Shown: in pieces, positions 30,585-40,837 of the stretch
Numbering within the stretch: position 1 is the stretch's first letter
How the letters are laid out: the number at the start of each line of letters is the position of its first letter
Origin: Atribacterota bacterium
GTDB lineage: Bacteria; Atribacterota; Phoenicimicrobiia; Phoenicimicrobiales; Stramentimicrobiaceae
NCBI GenBank assembly: GCA_040767965.1
Contig: JAXGNR010000004.1
Location: forward strand, 224,001-288,000
Length of the DNA: 64,000 nt
Direction of reading: 5' to 3'
Notes under the pieces: model-generated
Database searches by the model: none
Seen by the model: only the letters and a program-made list of their open reading frames with translations
Told to the model about the DNA's origin: nothing
Translations under genes and position numbers: made by a program

Positions 30585-31730
30585 ATGAAAAATTTTATAA
30601 AAATATTTAGTTTTTTAGTAATAATTGTTTTGTGTATTAACATCAACGGAATAGCTCAAAATGACTCAGTATTAATAGGATTGCAAGGTCCTTTAACCGG
30701 GTCTGAAGCTATTGAAGGTGAAATGGCCAAACGATGCGTAGAAACAGCTGCTAAAATGGTAAATGAAAAAGGTGGTATTCTTGATGGAAAGATGATTGAG
30801 GTTATTGTTGTTGATGATGAATGTTCACCTAGAGGTGGTTCCTTAGCAGCTCAGAACCTGGCTTCAAAAGGAGTAGTTGCCAGTATTTCTACATACGGAT
30901 CTTCAGTTACCCAGCCTGCTTCAGATATTTATGAAAGCTATAAGCTGGTTAATATTGCTTATGGGGCAACCGTTTCTCAGTTATCAGAGAGAGGTTTGAA
31001 ATATTTTTTCCGCACCTGTGGAAGAACAGATACTCAAGGAATGTTTTTTGCCAATGAAGTGATTCCTTATTTTACAGCAAAAAGAGTTGCTATTATGCAT
31101 GATAACACTTCTTTTGCTTTAGGATTAGCCGAAGAGGCGAGAAAATACCTCTTAGAAACAGAAGAAGCAGAATTGGTCTATTTTGACGCGATTACCCCGG
31201 GAGAATCTGATTACACTGTTCCTTTAACAAAATTACGTGAAACAAATCCCGATGTATTCTATTTTACTGGTTATTTTTCTGAAGCAGGATTAATAGTAAG
31301 ACAAGCAAGGGAAATTGGAATAGAAGCTATTTTTATAGGAGGAGATGCTGCAATTAATGAAGATTTTATCAAAATAGCAGGTTTGGAATATGCAGCAGGC
31401 TGTTATATGACTCAAGAGGCCTTAATTCAATATTTTACTAACCCGGAGGCCATAGAATTTAAAGAGAAATATCAGGAAGCTTATGGTAATCTTCCATCAA
31501 GCCCATGGTCTGTTTATGCGGCTGATGCGCTTTTAGTTTTAGCTGAGGCAATAGATAAAACAGGCTCAACTGATTCTGACATTTTGGCAGGTTATCTGAA
31601 AAATGAAATGATGGAATTCCCTAGCATCACAGGTCCTATCGGGTTTGATGAAAAAGGAGATCGTGTTGGTACGGGAATTAATTTATATGTAGTAAATAAT
31701 GATGGCAGTTATGCTATTGTAGAAAGATAA
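30585..31730 (+). CDS. livK: Branched-chain amino acid ABC transporter substrate-binding protein
   Basis: Signal peptide, GPLTG, VNEKGGI, FFRT, ITGPIGFDEKGDR; liv operon. Confidence 0.9.
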   Translation: MKNFIKIFSFLVIIVLCININGIAQNDSVLIGLQGPLTGSEAIEGEMAKRCVETAAKMVNEKGGILDGKMIEVIVVDDECSPRGGSLAAQNLASKGVVASISTYGSSVTQPASDIYESYKLVNIAYGATVSQLSERGLKYFFRTCGRTDTQGMFFANEVIPYFTAKRVAIMHDNTSFALGLAEEARKYLLETEEAELVYFDAITPGESDYTVPLTKLRETNPDVFYFTGYFSEAGLIVRQAREIGIEAIFIGGDAAINEDFIKIAGLEYAAGCYMTQEALIQYFTNPEAIEFKEKYQEAYGNLPSSPWSVYAADALLVLAEAIDKTGSTDSDILAGYLKNEMMEFPSITGPIGFDEKGDRVGTGINLYVVNNDGSYAIVER

Positions 31731-31750
31731 TTATCCAGGAGTACTAGTAA

Positions 31751-32662
31751 ATGAAGTTAATTGTTGAACAGATCTTAAACGGGCTAACAATAGGGTCCTT
31801 TTATGCCTTAATCGCTTTGGGATATTCTATGGTATATGGAGTAATGAAGCTTATCAATTTTGCTCATGGAGATTTATTTACCCTGGGATCATATCTGGGT
31901 TATACATTGCTGGTGATGGGGACTGCCTATATAACTTCTACTTTTGGAGTATGGGGTGGAATGATTGCGGCTATTCTGATAGCCGCAATCGGAACCGGTA
32001 TTATTGGCCTTGTTGTAGAGAGGATTGCTTACCGCCCAATCTATGCCACAGGGCGCCTGCCAGCGGTGGTTTCTGCATTGGGTGTATCAATTTTTTTACA
32101 AAATGCTATTATGGTTATTTGGGGTGCTCGTCCACAGGCATATACATCTAATGTTATTCCGAGTTATATATTAACAATTGCCGGATTAAGAATAAACGTA
32201 CTACAAATCATTATTCTGCTTTTATCATTCCTGCTAATGGGAATTTTGTATTATATTGTCCAAAAAACAACCTTTGGAGCTGCTATACGGGCCTGTGCGC
32301 TGGATAGAGAAGCAGCTGCATTGATGGGGATTAACATTAATTTAATAATATTTTTTATTTTTGCTCTTGGTCCTGCATTAGGAGGAACAGCAGGTGTTAT
32401 GGTAGGGATATACTATCGCAGGATAAGTTTTATTATGGGTTGGAATTATGGGTTAAAAGCCTTTACAGCTACCATATTAGGTGGTATTGGAAATATTCCT
32501 GGTGCTATGCTAGGAGGGCTGTTGCTTGGACTGCTGGAAATGATTGGATCTACTTATATTTCTACAGCTTATAAAGATGTCTTTGTTTTTCTGGTATTGA
32601 TACTGGTATTGATTTTTAGACCAAGAGGAATTCTTGGAGAAAAAATTGCTGAGAAAGTGTAA
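31751..32662 (+). CDS. livH: Branched-chain amino acid ABC permease
   Basis: YALIALGYSMVYG, INFAHG, LGGIGNIPG, FRPRGILG. Confidence 0.93.
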   Translation: MKLIVEQILNGLTIGSFYALIALGYSMVYGVMKLINFAHGDLFTLGSYLGYTLLVMGTAYITSTFGVWGGMIAAILIAAIGTGIIGLVVERIAYRPIYATGRLPAVVSALGVSIFLQNAIMVIWGARPQAYTSNVIPSYILTIAGLRINVLQIIILLLSFLLMGILYYIVQKTTFGAAIRACALDREAAALMGININLIIFFIFALGPALGGTAGVMVGIYYRRISFIMGWNYGLKAFTATILGGIGNIPGAMLGGLLLGLLEMIGSTYISTAYKDVFVFLVLILVLIFRPRGILGEKIAEKV

Positions 32663-32669
32663 GGTGGCA

Positions 32670-33677
32670 ATGAATATTGAAAATTATTTTAAAAAATCTA
32701 ATAATTTATCCCTTAAAAATAAGATTATTGTGTTATTGCTAATTTTTTTATTCTTATTATTTCCAGTTTTGATTAAAAATAATTATATAATAGATGTTGC
32801 CTTTTTCTTTGGGTTATATACTTTATTAGGTTTAAGTTTAAATATAGTTTTAGGAGAGGTGGGTTTATTTGATTTAGGGCATATGGGCTTTGCTGCCATA
32901 GGGGCTTATACTACTGCTATTTTAAATACCACTTTTAATGTGCCTGTTCTGCTTTTATTACCAGTAAGTGCAATATCAGCAGGTATTTTTGCTTATTTAG
33001 TCTGTTCTCCTATTATTCATCTAAGAGGAGACTACTTATGTATTGTAACTATTGGTATGGGAGAAATCATAAGACTCACTTTAATCAATAATCCTTTTGG
33101 TATTACCGGTGGTCCAAATGGAGTATTTGGGATTACCTTTCCTGCAATAGGAAGTTTACTTGTAATCAATAATTCTGTTAAATTCTATTATTTTATTTGG
33201 ATTATAGTTGGCTTGACTGTAATTGCTTTAATCAGGCTGCAAGATTCCAGAATCGGAAGAGCGTGGAATTATATCAGAGAAGACATAGTTGCAGCAGAAG
33301 CATCAGGGGTTGATGTCCGATACTATAAGTTGTTAGCTTTTGTATTAGGTGCAGCTCTAGCTGGTATAGCCGGAAATATCTATGCAAGTAAATTGATGAT
33401 TGTATCTCCGGACAGCTTCACTTTCATGGAATCATGTTTGCTGTTTTGTATTGTGTTAATTGGCGGCATGGGGTCAATTCCTGGAATATTTATAGGTGCT
33501 GCTGCTATTTCTCTTTTTCCGGAAATATTTCAAACATTTGCCCAGTATCGAATGTTGATTTTCGGAATCGTAATGATAATGATGATGATATTTCGCCCCG
33601 GTGGTGTTTGGCCTAGAAAAAGAGGCAAAATGCAAACAGAATCAATCTTAGTGAATTCAGAGCAGAATGAAATCTAG
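32670..33677 (+). CDS. livM: Branched-chain amino acid ABC permease
   Basis: LRGDYL, GITGGPNG, IRED..AAE, GGMGS; ATG 32670. Confidence 0.93.
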   Translation: MNIENYFKKSNNLSLKNKIIVLLLIFLFLLFPVLIKNNYIIDVAFFFGLYTLLGLSLNIVLGEVGLFDLGHMGFAAIGAYTTAILNTTFNVPVLLLLPVSAISAGIFAYLVCSPIIHLRGDYLCIVTIGMGEIIRLTLINNPFGITGGPNGVFGITFPAIGSLLVINNSVKFYYFIWIIVGLTVIALIRLQDSRIGRAWNYIREDIVAAEASGVDVRYYKLLAFVLGAALAGIAGNIYASKLMIVSPDSFTFMESCLLFCIVLIGGMGSIPGIFIGAAAISLFPEIFQTFAQYRMLIFGIVMIMMMIFRPGGVWPRKRGKMQTESILVNSEQNEI

Positions 33678-33712
33678 CAAAATAGCAAATAAGTAAAACT
33701 AAGGATAAAGTA

Positions 33713-34504
33713 ATGATTAGAAATATTGAAAATATTTTAGAAACAAAAAAATTAACAAAAATATTTGGTGGGTTGATCGCGGTCAATAAAATTGATTTAC
33801 AGATAGCCAAGGGTAAAATCAGCAGCATCATTGGGCCTAATGGGGCTGGAAAGACTACTGTTTTTAATGTAATTACTGGTATATACCAACCTGATGAAGG
33901 TGAATATTTCTTTAAAGGAGAGCATTTAATAAAATTGAAACCACATCAAATACTTGCCAAAGGAGTTGCTCGTACCTTTCAGAATATCAGGCTTTTTAAA
34001 AATATGACTTGTTTGGAGAATGTAATGGCCGGTCAACATGCAAGAAGTGGTTCAGGTATGTGGTCTTCTATCTTTAAATTACCCTCTCAATGTCGAGAAG
34101 AGAAGGAAATACAAAAAATTGCTGAAAATAAATTAAAACAGGTTGGGCTTTATTCGTATAAACATGAGTTAGCTAAAAATATATCCTATGGTAATCAAAG
34201 AATGCTGGAGATTGCCAGGGCTTTGGCTAGCAATCCGGATTTGCTTATTCTAGATGAACCAAGTAGTGGGCTCAATGATAAAGAGTCTGAAGACCTGATG
34301 AAATTTCTTAAAAACCTCCTTAAATCTGATCTGACTATCTTGCTCATTGAGCATGATATGAATGTGGTGATGGGTATTTCAGATTGGATTACAGTTATGG
34401 ATGAAGGAAAGAAAATTGCTGAAGGGAAGCCAGAAGCTGTTTACAACAATCCTATTGTTATTGAAGCTTATTTGGGGAAAGAAGAAGAGGAGGAGGATTA
34501 TTAA
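33713..34504 (+). CDS. livG: Branched-chain amino acid ABC ATPase
   Basis: GPNGAGKTT, RTFQN, LDEP, EHDM. Confidence 0.94.
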   Translation: MIRNIENILETKKLTKIFGGLIAVNKIDLQIAKGKISSIIGPNGAGKTTVFNVITGIYQPDEGEYFFKGEHLIKLKPHQILAKGVARTFQNIRLFKNMTCLENVMAGQHARSGSGMWSSIFKLPSQCREEKEIQKIAENKLKQVGLYSYKHELAKNISYGNQRMLEIARALASNPDLLILDEPSSGLNDKESEDLMKFLKNLLKSDLTILLIEHDMNVVMGISDWITVMDEGKKIAEGKPEAVYNNPIVIEAYLGKEEEEEDY

Positions 34505-34505
34505 T

Positions 34506-35249
34506 TTGCAGGGCAACTTATTGGATATTACAAATTTAAATGTTTACTATGATTCAGTGCAAGCTTTAAAAAGTGTTTCTCTATATGTTGCACGAGGTGA
34601 AATTGTCAGTGTTTTGGGTGCTAACGGTGCAGGCAAGAGTACTTTGCTGAGAGCTTTAACAGGGCTGGTCCCGGTAAAACAAGGAACAATTATTTTTCAG
34701 CAAAAATCTATTGTAAAAACTGATACCTACAAGATAGCTATTGCAGGAATTTCACATGTTCCTGAAGGCAGGAGGATATTTTCAACACTGACAGTAGAAG
34801 AAAATCTTAATTTGGGGGCTTTTAATAAAAGAGGAGATATAAAAGCTGTTACAAAAAGAAAAAATCGGGTTTATGATTTATTCCCAATACTTCTGGAGAG
34901 AAAAGAGCAGTTAGCAGGAACTTTATCAGGAGGAGAACAGCAAATGCTTGCGATAGGAAGGGGTCTTATGAGCGATCCCCAGCTGTTGCTATTAGACGAG
35001 CCTTCATTAGGTTTGGCACCTCTTCTTGTAAAACATATTTTTAAAATAATAAAAGAGATTAACCAGCAGGGCGTGTCGATTCTCCTGGTAGAGCAGAATG
35101 CCAGAAAAGCCTTATCAATTTCCCAAAGAGCTTATGTTTTAGAAACCGGAAGAATAACTATAAGTGGCTTTTCAGCAGAATTAAAAAACAACCAAAAAAT
35201 ACAGGAAGCCTATTTGGGAGGAGTAACTTTAAAAAAGCAACTGATATAA
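34506..35249 (+). CDS. livF: Branched-chain amino acid ABC ATPase
   Basis: GANGAGKST, VPEGRR, LSGGEQQM, LDEPSLGLAP; TTG 34506 after GGAGG within the livG tail. Confidence 0.94.
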   Translation: MQGNLLDITNLNVYYDSVQALKSVSLYVARGEIVSVLGANGAGKSTLLRALTGLVPVKQGTIIFQQKSIVKTDTYKIAIAGISHVPEGRRIFSTLTVEENLNLGAFNKRGDIKAVTKRKNRVYDLFPILLERKEQLAGTLSGGEQQMLAIGRGLMSDPQLLLLDEPSLGLAPLLVKHIFKIIKEINQQGVSILLVEQNARKALSISQRAYVLETGRITISGFSAELKNNQKIQEAYLGGVTLKKQLI

Positions 35250-35344
35250 TTTAATAACACTCTTGGTTGACCGGGATCATAAAAATTAAAACTGGAGTCT
35301 AACTATGTTGTTTGTGGTTTTGAGTTTTAATAATTTTAATTTAA

Positions 35345-35373
35345 TTGAAAAAAAGAGGCTTTTTTGCTATATT
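35345..35373 (+). promoter_or_regulatory. Promoter of phoU-yggT-divIVA
   Basis: TTGAAA-17 bp-TATATT with extended -10 TG. Confidence 0.5.
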
Positions 35374-35419
35374 ATATGAAAGTTATTCTAATTAATCTCA
35401 CTTACAAAAAGGATAACAA

Positions 35420-36130
35420 ATGAACCAGTATAATAATAATGAAGATAAAGAATTAATTTCTATATTTGATACAGAATTATCTGATTTAAAAAACAATTTA
35501 GTTAAAATGTCAAATATGGTTCAAAACTCTTTAGAGAGGGCAATTCAATCTTTGGTTAAAAAGGATTGTGACCTGGCACAGCAGGTAATCGAAGATGATG
35601 AAAAGGTTGATCGCATAGAGCTTGATATTGAAGAACAATGTCTGCAACTGATTGCCTTAAAGCATCCTGTATCTAAAAAATTAAGGATAATAACCTGTGC
35701 CATGAAGGCAATTGCAGAATTAGAAAGAGTTGGTGATAGAGCTACCAATATTGCTGCGGCAAGTTCATATTTAGCCTCGAAACCTTTAGTGAAACCTTTG
35801 GTCGATATACCTAGAATGGCTGAAATAGCTAAAAATATGTTACACAACAGTCTAGATGCTTATTTAAGAGGTGATGTAGCTTTAGCCAGGGAAGTATGGG
35901 AAAAAGATAAATTAGTCGATCAAATAAATCAACAAATATTTCGTGAACTGCTTACTTTTATGTTAGAAGATCCGCATACGATCAGCAGAGCTATCCATTT
36001 AATATTTATTTCAGATAATCTGGAAAGAATTGGAGATCATGCCGGAAATTTAGCAGAAAGGGTAGTTTATATAGTGGAAGGACAAAGAATGAAAGACAAA
36101 ATAGAGAGAATACATGAGGAAATTGAATAG
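35420..36130 (+). CDS. phoU: Phosphate signalling complex protein PhoU
   Basis: Two PhoU repeats: LERVGDRATNIA and LERIGDHAGNLAE. Confidence 0.95.
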   Translation: MNQYNNNEDKELISIFDTELSDLKNNLVKMSNMVQNSLERAIQSLVKKDCDLAQQVIEDDEKVDRIELDIEEQCLQLIALKHPVSKKLRIITCAMKAIAELERVGDRATNIAAASSYLASKPLVKPLVDIPRMAEIAKNMLHNSLDAYLRGDVALAREVWEKDKLVDQINQQIFRELLTFMLEDPHTISRAIHLIFISDNLERIGDHAGNLAERVVYIVEGQRMKDKIERIHEEIE

Positions 36131-36400
36131 ATGTATATATTAATTAATGTTATTAATTTTATTTTTAGAATATATGGTTATTTCATTATTGCCCGGATTT
36201 TCCTTTCCTGGGTTCCGGTTGATCGATCTAACCCAATAATAAGATTTATATATAGAGTAACCGAACCTATCCTGGCACCTTTCCGCATTATCTTGCCTTT
36301 GGGGGGAGTAGGGATAGATTTATCACCAGTTATAGTATTTTTCTTACTTAGCCTATTAAGAACATCCTTAATAAGACTTATTGTCAATTTATATTATTAG
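36131..36400 (+). CDS. yggT: YggT/YlmG family membrane protein
   Basis: LSW..NP..VTEPILAPFR..IDLSP. Confidence 0.92.
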   Translation: MYILINVINFIFRIYGYFIIARIFLSWVPVDRSNPIIRFIYRVTEPILAPFRIILPLGGVGIDLSPVIVFFLLSLLRTSLIRLIVNLYY

Positions 36401-36470
36401 TTTTAAATTAATAAATTACTTATATTCTTATAAGTGAATTATTAGTCAGCCAGTAAAAGGAGGGCGATTA

Positions 36471-37064
36471 ATGAAAATTACCCCAATGGATATAGAACAA
36501 CAACAGTTTGGCAGATCTTTTAGAGGATATAACGAAGAAGAAGTTGACGATTTTTTGGATCGTATTGCTAAAGACTATGAAGAAGTTTTAAATGAAAACA
36601 TAAAGCTTAAAGAGGAATTAGAAAGGCTCCAATCTAGAATTGAAGAATACTCTAAAATGGATGAAACACTGAGAAGCGCTTTAGTAAATGCCCAAAAAAG
36701 CGCAGCCAATATAAAAGATAATGTTGAAAGAGAAGCACAGGTTGTTATCGAAAATGCCAGGATTGAAGCAGAAAGAATCAAACAAAAAGCCAGTCAAGAT
36801 GTTTATGATCTCAATAATGAGATTGAAGCATTGAAAAAAAGAAAATATCTTCTTTTAGAAAAACTTAAAAATACTTTAAAATTGCATATTAGAATGCTTG
36901 ATGAAGAGAGTGCAGATGAAACGGTAATTGAAAAACCTGCTTCATATATTCAGGATAAAACAATTGAAGATTTAAAAATGAAACTTTACCCGAATGAGCA
37001 TAATCGTGAGCAAGAAGATTTTTCCGGCAAAATAAATAATACACCAGAAAAAGAGAATAGGTAG
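36471..37064 (+). CDS. divIVA: DivIVA domain protein
   Basis: ITPMDIEQQQF..FRGYNEEEVDDFL plus coiled coil. Confidence 0.93.
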   Translation: MKITPMDIEQQQFGRSFRGYNEEEVDDFLDRIAKDYEEVLNENIKLKEELERLQSRIEEYSKMDETLRSALVNAQKSAANIKDNVEREAQVVIENARIEAERIKQKASQDVYDLNNEIEALKKRKYLLLEKLKNTLKLHIRMLDEESADETVIEKPASYIQDKTIEDLKMKLYPNEHNREQEDFSGKINNTPEKENR

Positions 37065-37098
37065 TTATTTAATAAAAAGATAATTAATCGCCTGCTTC

Positions 37099-37127
37099 TT
37101 GACTGTTTTTTAAAAGAGTGATACGAT
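37099..37127 (+). promoter_or_regulatory. Promoter of the ileS leader
   Basis: TTGACT-17 bp-TACGAT with extended -10 TG. Confidence 0.6.
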
Positions 37128-37167
37128 TTTTTATTGTGATATTTACAAATAATAGTGCTGGTTTTTA

Positions 37168-37404
37168 AAAGAGGAATAGTAAGAAAAGTTTTTCTGAAGA
37201 TCACCTCTTTCTATTTTGACTGAAATAGAAGATAGAAGTAGGTTAAAACGGTTGTACCGATAAAACTAAACATGGGAGAATGTTATACATTCCTTCCATA
37301 AAGTTTATAATATATTGTTTTTAGAAAATGTTATAAATTTATTAAGGTGGTACCGCAAGAAATTATAACCTCTTGCCCTTTTAACGGCAAGGGGTTTTTA
37401 TTTT
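37168..37404 (+). ncRNA. Ile T-box riboswitch (transcriptional) with short Stem I
   Basis: Specifier AUC at 37200; T-box AAGGTGGTACCGC at 37344-37356; antiterminator plus terminator CCTCTTGCC...GGCAAGGGG followed by a T run; upstream of ileS. Confidence 0.9.
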
Positions 37405-37433
37405 AGTTTTTATTTAAATAGAGGGAGTAGATT

Positions 37434-40232
37434 ATGGATTATAAAGATACGCTTAATTTACCAAAAACTGAGTTTTCCATGAAAGCCAATTTGCCTAAAG
37501 AAGAGCCAAAAATGTTGGAATTCTGGCAGAATATGGAATTAGACAAAGAATTATTAAAAAAGTACAAAGATGAAGAAAAGTTTATTTTACATGATGGACC
37601 ACCATATGCAAATGGAAATATTCATATCGGAACTGCATATAACAAAATATTAAAAGATATAATTCCCAAATATCATTGGATGAAAGGGCATAATGCTTAT
37701 TATGTTCCCGGATGGGATACTCATGGTATGCCAATTGAACATCAGGTAAGTAAGAATTTAAAAGTTACCATTCATGATATAGATCCAGTAAAGTTACGTG
37801 AAAAATGCCAGGAATATGCTAAAAAATATATCAATATTCAAATGGAAGAATTTAAGAGGTTAGGAGTTATCGCTGATTGGAAAAACCCTTATTTGACATT
37901 TCTACCTGAATATGAAGAAAAACAGATTGAAATATTTGGCCGCATGTATCAGAGGGGATATATCTATAAAGGGAAAAAAGCTGTTTATTGGTGCCCATCC
38001 TGTGAAACTGCACTGGCAGCTGCAGAAATTGAATACAATGATGAACAAAGTGATTCCATATTTGTAAAATTTCCTGTTATTGATGATGTCAAAAAAATAT
38101 TCCCAGAAGCAAGGCAAGGTGATACTTTTATTGTAATCTGGACAACAACTCCATGGACAATACCTGCGAATATGGCAATAGCTGTACATCCTGATTTTGA
38201 TTACAGTCTGGTAAAAACTGAGCAAGGATATTTGATAATGGCTTCTAAACGGGTAGAAGAAGTCATGCAGAAAAACGGTATTGAAAATTATCAGGTTTTA
38301 GCCGAGAAAAAAGGATATTTGTTTGAGAGAATAAGAGCCAAACATCCATTATTAGATCGCGAATCACTGGTAATTCTGGGTAATCATGTAACTTTAGAAG
38401 AAGGAACAGGATGTGTTCATACTGCGCCCGGTCATGGCCAAGAAGATTATGAAATCGGCATTAAATACAAGTTACCAGTAGAATCTGTCCTGGATAGCAA
38501 AGGAAGGCTCAATGAGAATTCTGGTCCTTTTAATGGTCTGAATTACCAGGAAGGCAACAAAAAGATTATTGAATCTCTGCAAGAAAAAGGATTTTTATTA
38601 GGCAAAGGGAAGATAAAACATTCTTATCCACACTGCTGGAGATGTAAAAAACCCATTCTGTTTAGGGCAACTGAACAATGGTTTGTATCAGTAGATAAAT
38701 TCAGAGAAAAATCTTTACAGGCAATTGATGAAGTGCAATGGGTTCCTTATTGGGGAAAAGAGAAAATTTATAGTATGGTGGAAGAACGTACTGATTGGTG
38801 CATTTCCCGCCAACGAGTATGGGGAGTACCTATACCTGCATTCTATTGCCAGGATTGTAATAATGTAGTTGTTACTGAGCAAACAATTGACATTGTAAAA
38901 AAATTATTTAAAGAAAAAGGTTCAAACTCCTGGTTTGCGATGAGTGCAGAAGATATTCTGCCTTCAGAATTTACCTGCCCTCATTGTCATGGTACCAAAT
39001 TTACCAAGGAAAGTGATATTATGGATGTTTGGTTTGATTCAGGCTGCAGTCATGCTGCAGTGCTACAAACCAGAGAAAACTTACATTGGCCATGCGAACT
39101 GTATCTTGAAGGAACTGATCAACATAGAGGATGGTTTCAAACTTCACTTTTAACAGCTGTTGCCAGTTTTGACAAAGCCCCTTATAAATCAGTATTAACC
39201 CATGGGTTTATAGTTGATGAAGAAGGCCGGAAGATGTCTAAATCTATTGGCAATGTAATCCCCCCCCAAAAGGTAATTGATCAATATGGTGCAGATATAC
39301 TGAGACTTTGGGTAGCATCTTCTGATTATCGGAGAGATGTTAGAATTTCCGATAAAATATTAAAGCAGCTGGTTGAAATCTATCGAAAAATCAGAAATAC
39401 CGCTCGTTTCATATTGGGTAATTTGTATGATTTCAACCCCGATATTAATAGTGTTTCTTATGAAAAATTAGAAGATATAGACCGAATTATTCTAAGCCAA
39501 TTCCAAAGCTTAATTAAAAGAACTACCGAAAACTATGATAATTATGAGTTTCATACTCTATATCATGATGTTCATAATTTTTGTACATTAAATTTGAGTT
39601 CTTTTTATCTTGATATAATTAAGGATAGATTGTATGTTCTCAATGCTGATTCATTATCCAGAAGGGCAGCCCAGACGGTTTTATATAAGATTGTTAGTGA
39701 ATTAACCAGGCTGATTGCCCCGGTGTTAAGTTTTACTGCTGAAGAAATTTGGCAAAATTTAAATAAAATTACTCAAAAAGAAGAAAGTGTTTTTCTTGCC
39801 CCATGGCCTGTAGTTGATGAGCAAATGGTACAAGTGAAAATGGAGGAAGAATGGAGCAAGCTGCTTTCAGCAAGAAAAGATGTTCTAAAAGCCCTAGAAT
39901 TATCCAGAAAAGAGGGACAAATTGGAAATGCTTTACAGGCACAAGTAAATCTAATAACAAAAGATCAGGAACTTTTTACATATTTGAATAATTTTAAAGA
40001 AAAACTGGAAACGATTTTTATAGTATCAAAAGTTGCAATAATTAAACAGGATGGGGATATTCCAGCTGAAAATATCATTCAGGGCGAGGAAATACCTGAG
40101 CTTTTCATTGTAATTAAGAAAGCTCCTGGTGATAAATGTGAAAGATGCTGGTGTTATTCTGAAAGTGTGGGAAAAGACCAGGAATATAGTGATATATGCC
40201 ATAAATGCGTTACAGTCTTAAAAGAAAACTAA
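37434..40232 (+). CDS. ileS: Isoleucine--tRNA ligase (type 1)
   Basis: PPYANGNIHIG, WTTTPWT, DWCISRQR, KMSKS, C-terminal Zn finger CERCW. Confidence 0.98.
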   Translation: MDYKDTLNLPKTEFSMKANLPKEEPKMLEFWQNMELDKELLKKYKDEEKFILHDGPPYANGNIHIGTAYNKILKDIIPKYHWMKGHNAYYVPGWDTHGMPIEHQVSKNLKVTIHDIDPVKLREKCQEYAKKYINIQMEEFKRLGVIADWKNPYLTFLPEYEEKQIEIFGRMYQRGYIYKGKKAVYWCPSCETALAAAEIEYNDEQSDSIFVKFPVIDDVKKIFPEARQGDTFIVIWTTTPWTIPANMAIAVHPDFDYSLVKTEQGYLIMASKRVEEVMQKNGIENYQVLAEKKGYLFERIRAKHPLLDRESLVILGNHVTLEEGTGCVHTAPGHGQEDYEIGIKYKLPVESVLDSKGRLNENSGPFNGLNYQEGNKKIIESLQEKGFLLGKGKIKHSYPHCWRCKKPILFRATEQWFVSVDKFREKSLQAIDEVQWVPYWGKEKIYSMVEERTDWCISRQRVWGVPIPAFYCQDCNNVVVTEQTIDIVKKLFKEKGSNSWFAMSAEDILPSEFTCPHCHGTKFTKESDIMDVWFDSGCSHAAVLQTRENLHWPCELYLEGTDQHRGWFQTSLLTAVASFDKAPYKSVLTHGFIVDEEGRKMSKSIGNVIPPQKVIDQYGADILRLWVASSDYRRDVRISDKILKQLVEIYRKIRNTARFILGNLYDFNPDINSVSYEKLEDIDRIILSQFQSLIKRTTENYDNYEFHTLYHDVHNFCTLNLSSFYLDIIKDRLYVLNADSLSRRAAQTVLYKIVSELTRLIAPVLSFTAEEIWQNLNKITQKEESVFLAPWPVVDEQMVQVKMEEEWSKLLSARKDVLKALELSRKEGQIGNALQAQVNLITKDQELFTYLNNFKEKLETIFIVSKVAIIKQDGDIPAENIIQGEEIPELFIVIKKAPGDKCERCWCYSESVGKDQEYSDICHKCVTVLKEN

Positions 40233-40249
40233 TTATAAATGGGTAAAAG

Positions 40250-40768
40250 ATGGTTGTAAAAAAGAAGCGAAAACAAAACAATAGAACAACAATATTCTTT
40301 TTGATGGGAGTATTTTTAATTACCTTTTTTGACCAATTTACTAAGATATTAGTACAATCAAAAATGGATTTAATGGATTCGATTCCGGTAATAAAAGGAA
40401 TATTCCATATAACCTATATCCTTAATCCTAATTCTTCTTTTGGTTTGCTAAAATTCCCAAGTGCAGTATTTGCTGTTATTATTATAATAGTAAATTTGCT
40501 GATTATTTTTTTGTTGCGCAAAAAAATATCCAAGGAGAATAAATTAGTGTATTTTTCTCTTATTTTTATTTTGGGAGGCTCTTTGGGTAATATGATAGAT
40601 CGGCTTAGAGTGGGCAGTGTAATAGATTTTCTAGATTTCAGGATATGGCCTATTTTCAATATTGCTGACTCGGCAATTAATATAGGCTTATTACTGCTTA
40701 TTATTCACTTTTTGTTTCATAAGGAAGAAGAATTAAAAGAAGATGAATTTCTAGAAGAAGATCTATAA
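40250..40768 (+). CDS. lspA: Lipoprotein signal peptidase II
   Basis: DQFTK, GNMIDR, VIDFLD, FNIAD. Confidence 0.95.
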   Translation: MVVKKKRKQNNRTTIFFLMGVFLITFFDQFTKILVQSKMDLMDSIPVIKGIFHITYILNPNSSFGLLKFPSAVFAVIIIIVNLLIIFLLRKKISKENKLVYFSLIFILGGSLGNMIDRLRVGSVIDFLDFRIWPIFNIADSAINIGLLLLIIHFLFHKEEELKEDEFLEEDL

Positions 40769-40837
40769 GACAAAAATGGATAAGCTTGAATAAAAATATA
40801 TGGTTAATATAATATCAAAACATATGAGGTAGTAGAT

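Noticed and set aside
34401-34505. Long livG/livF overlap implied by the ORF track
   Set aside because: TTG 34506 with a GGAGG RBS is the likely true livF start
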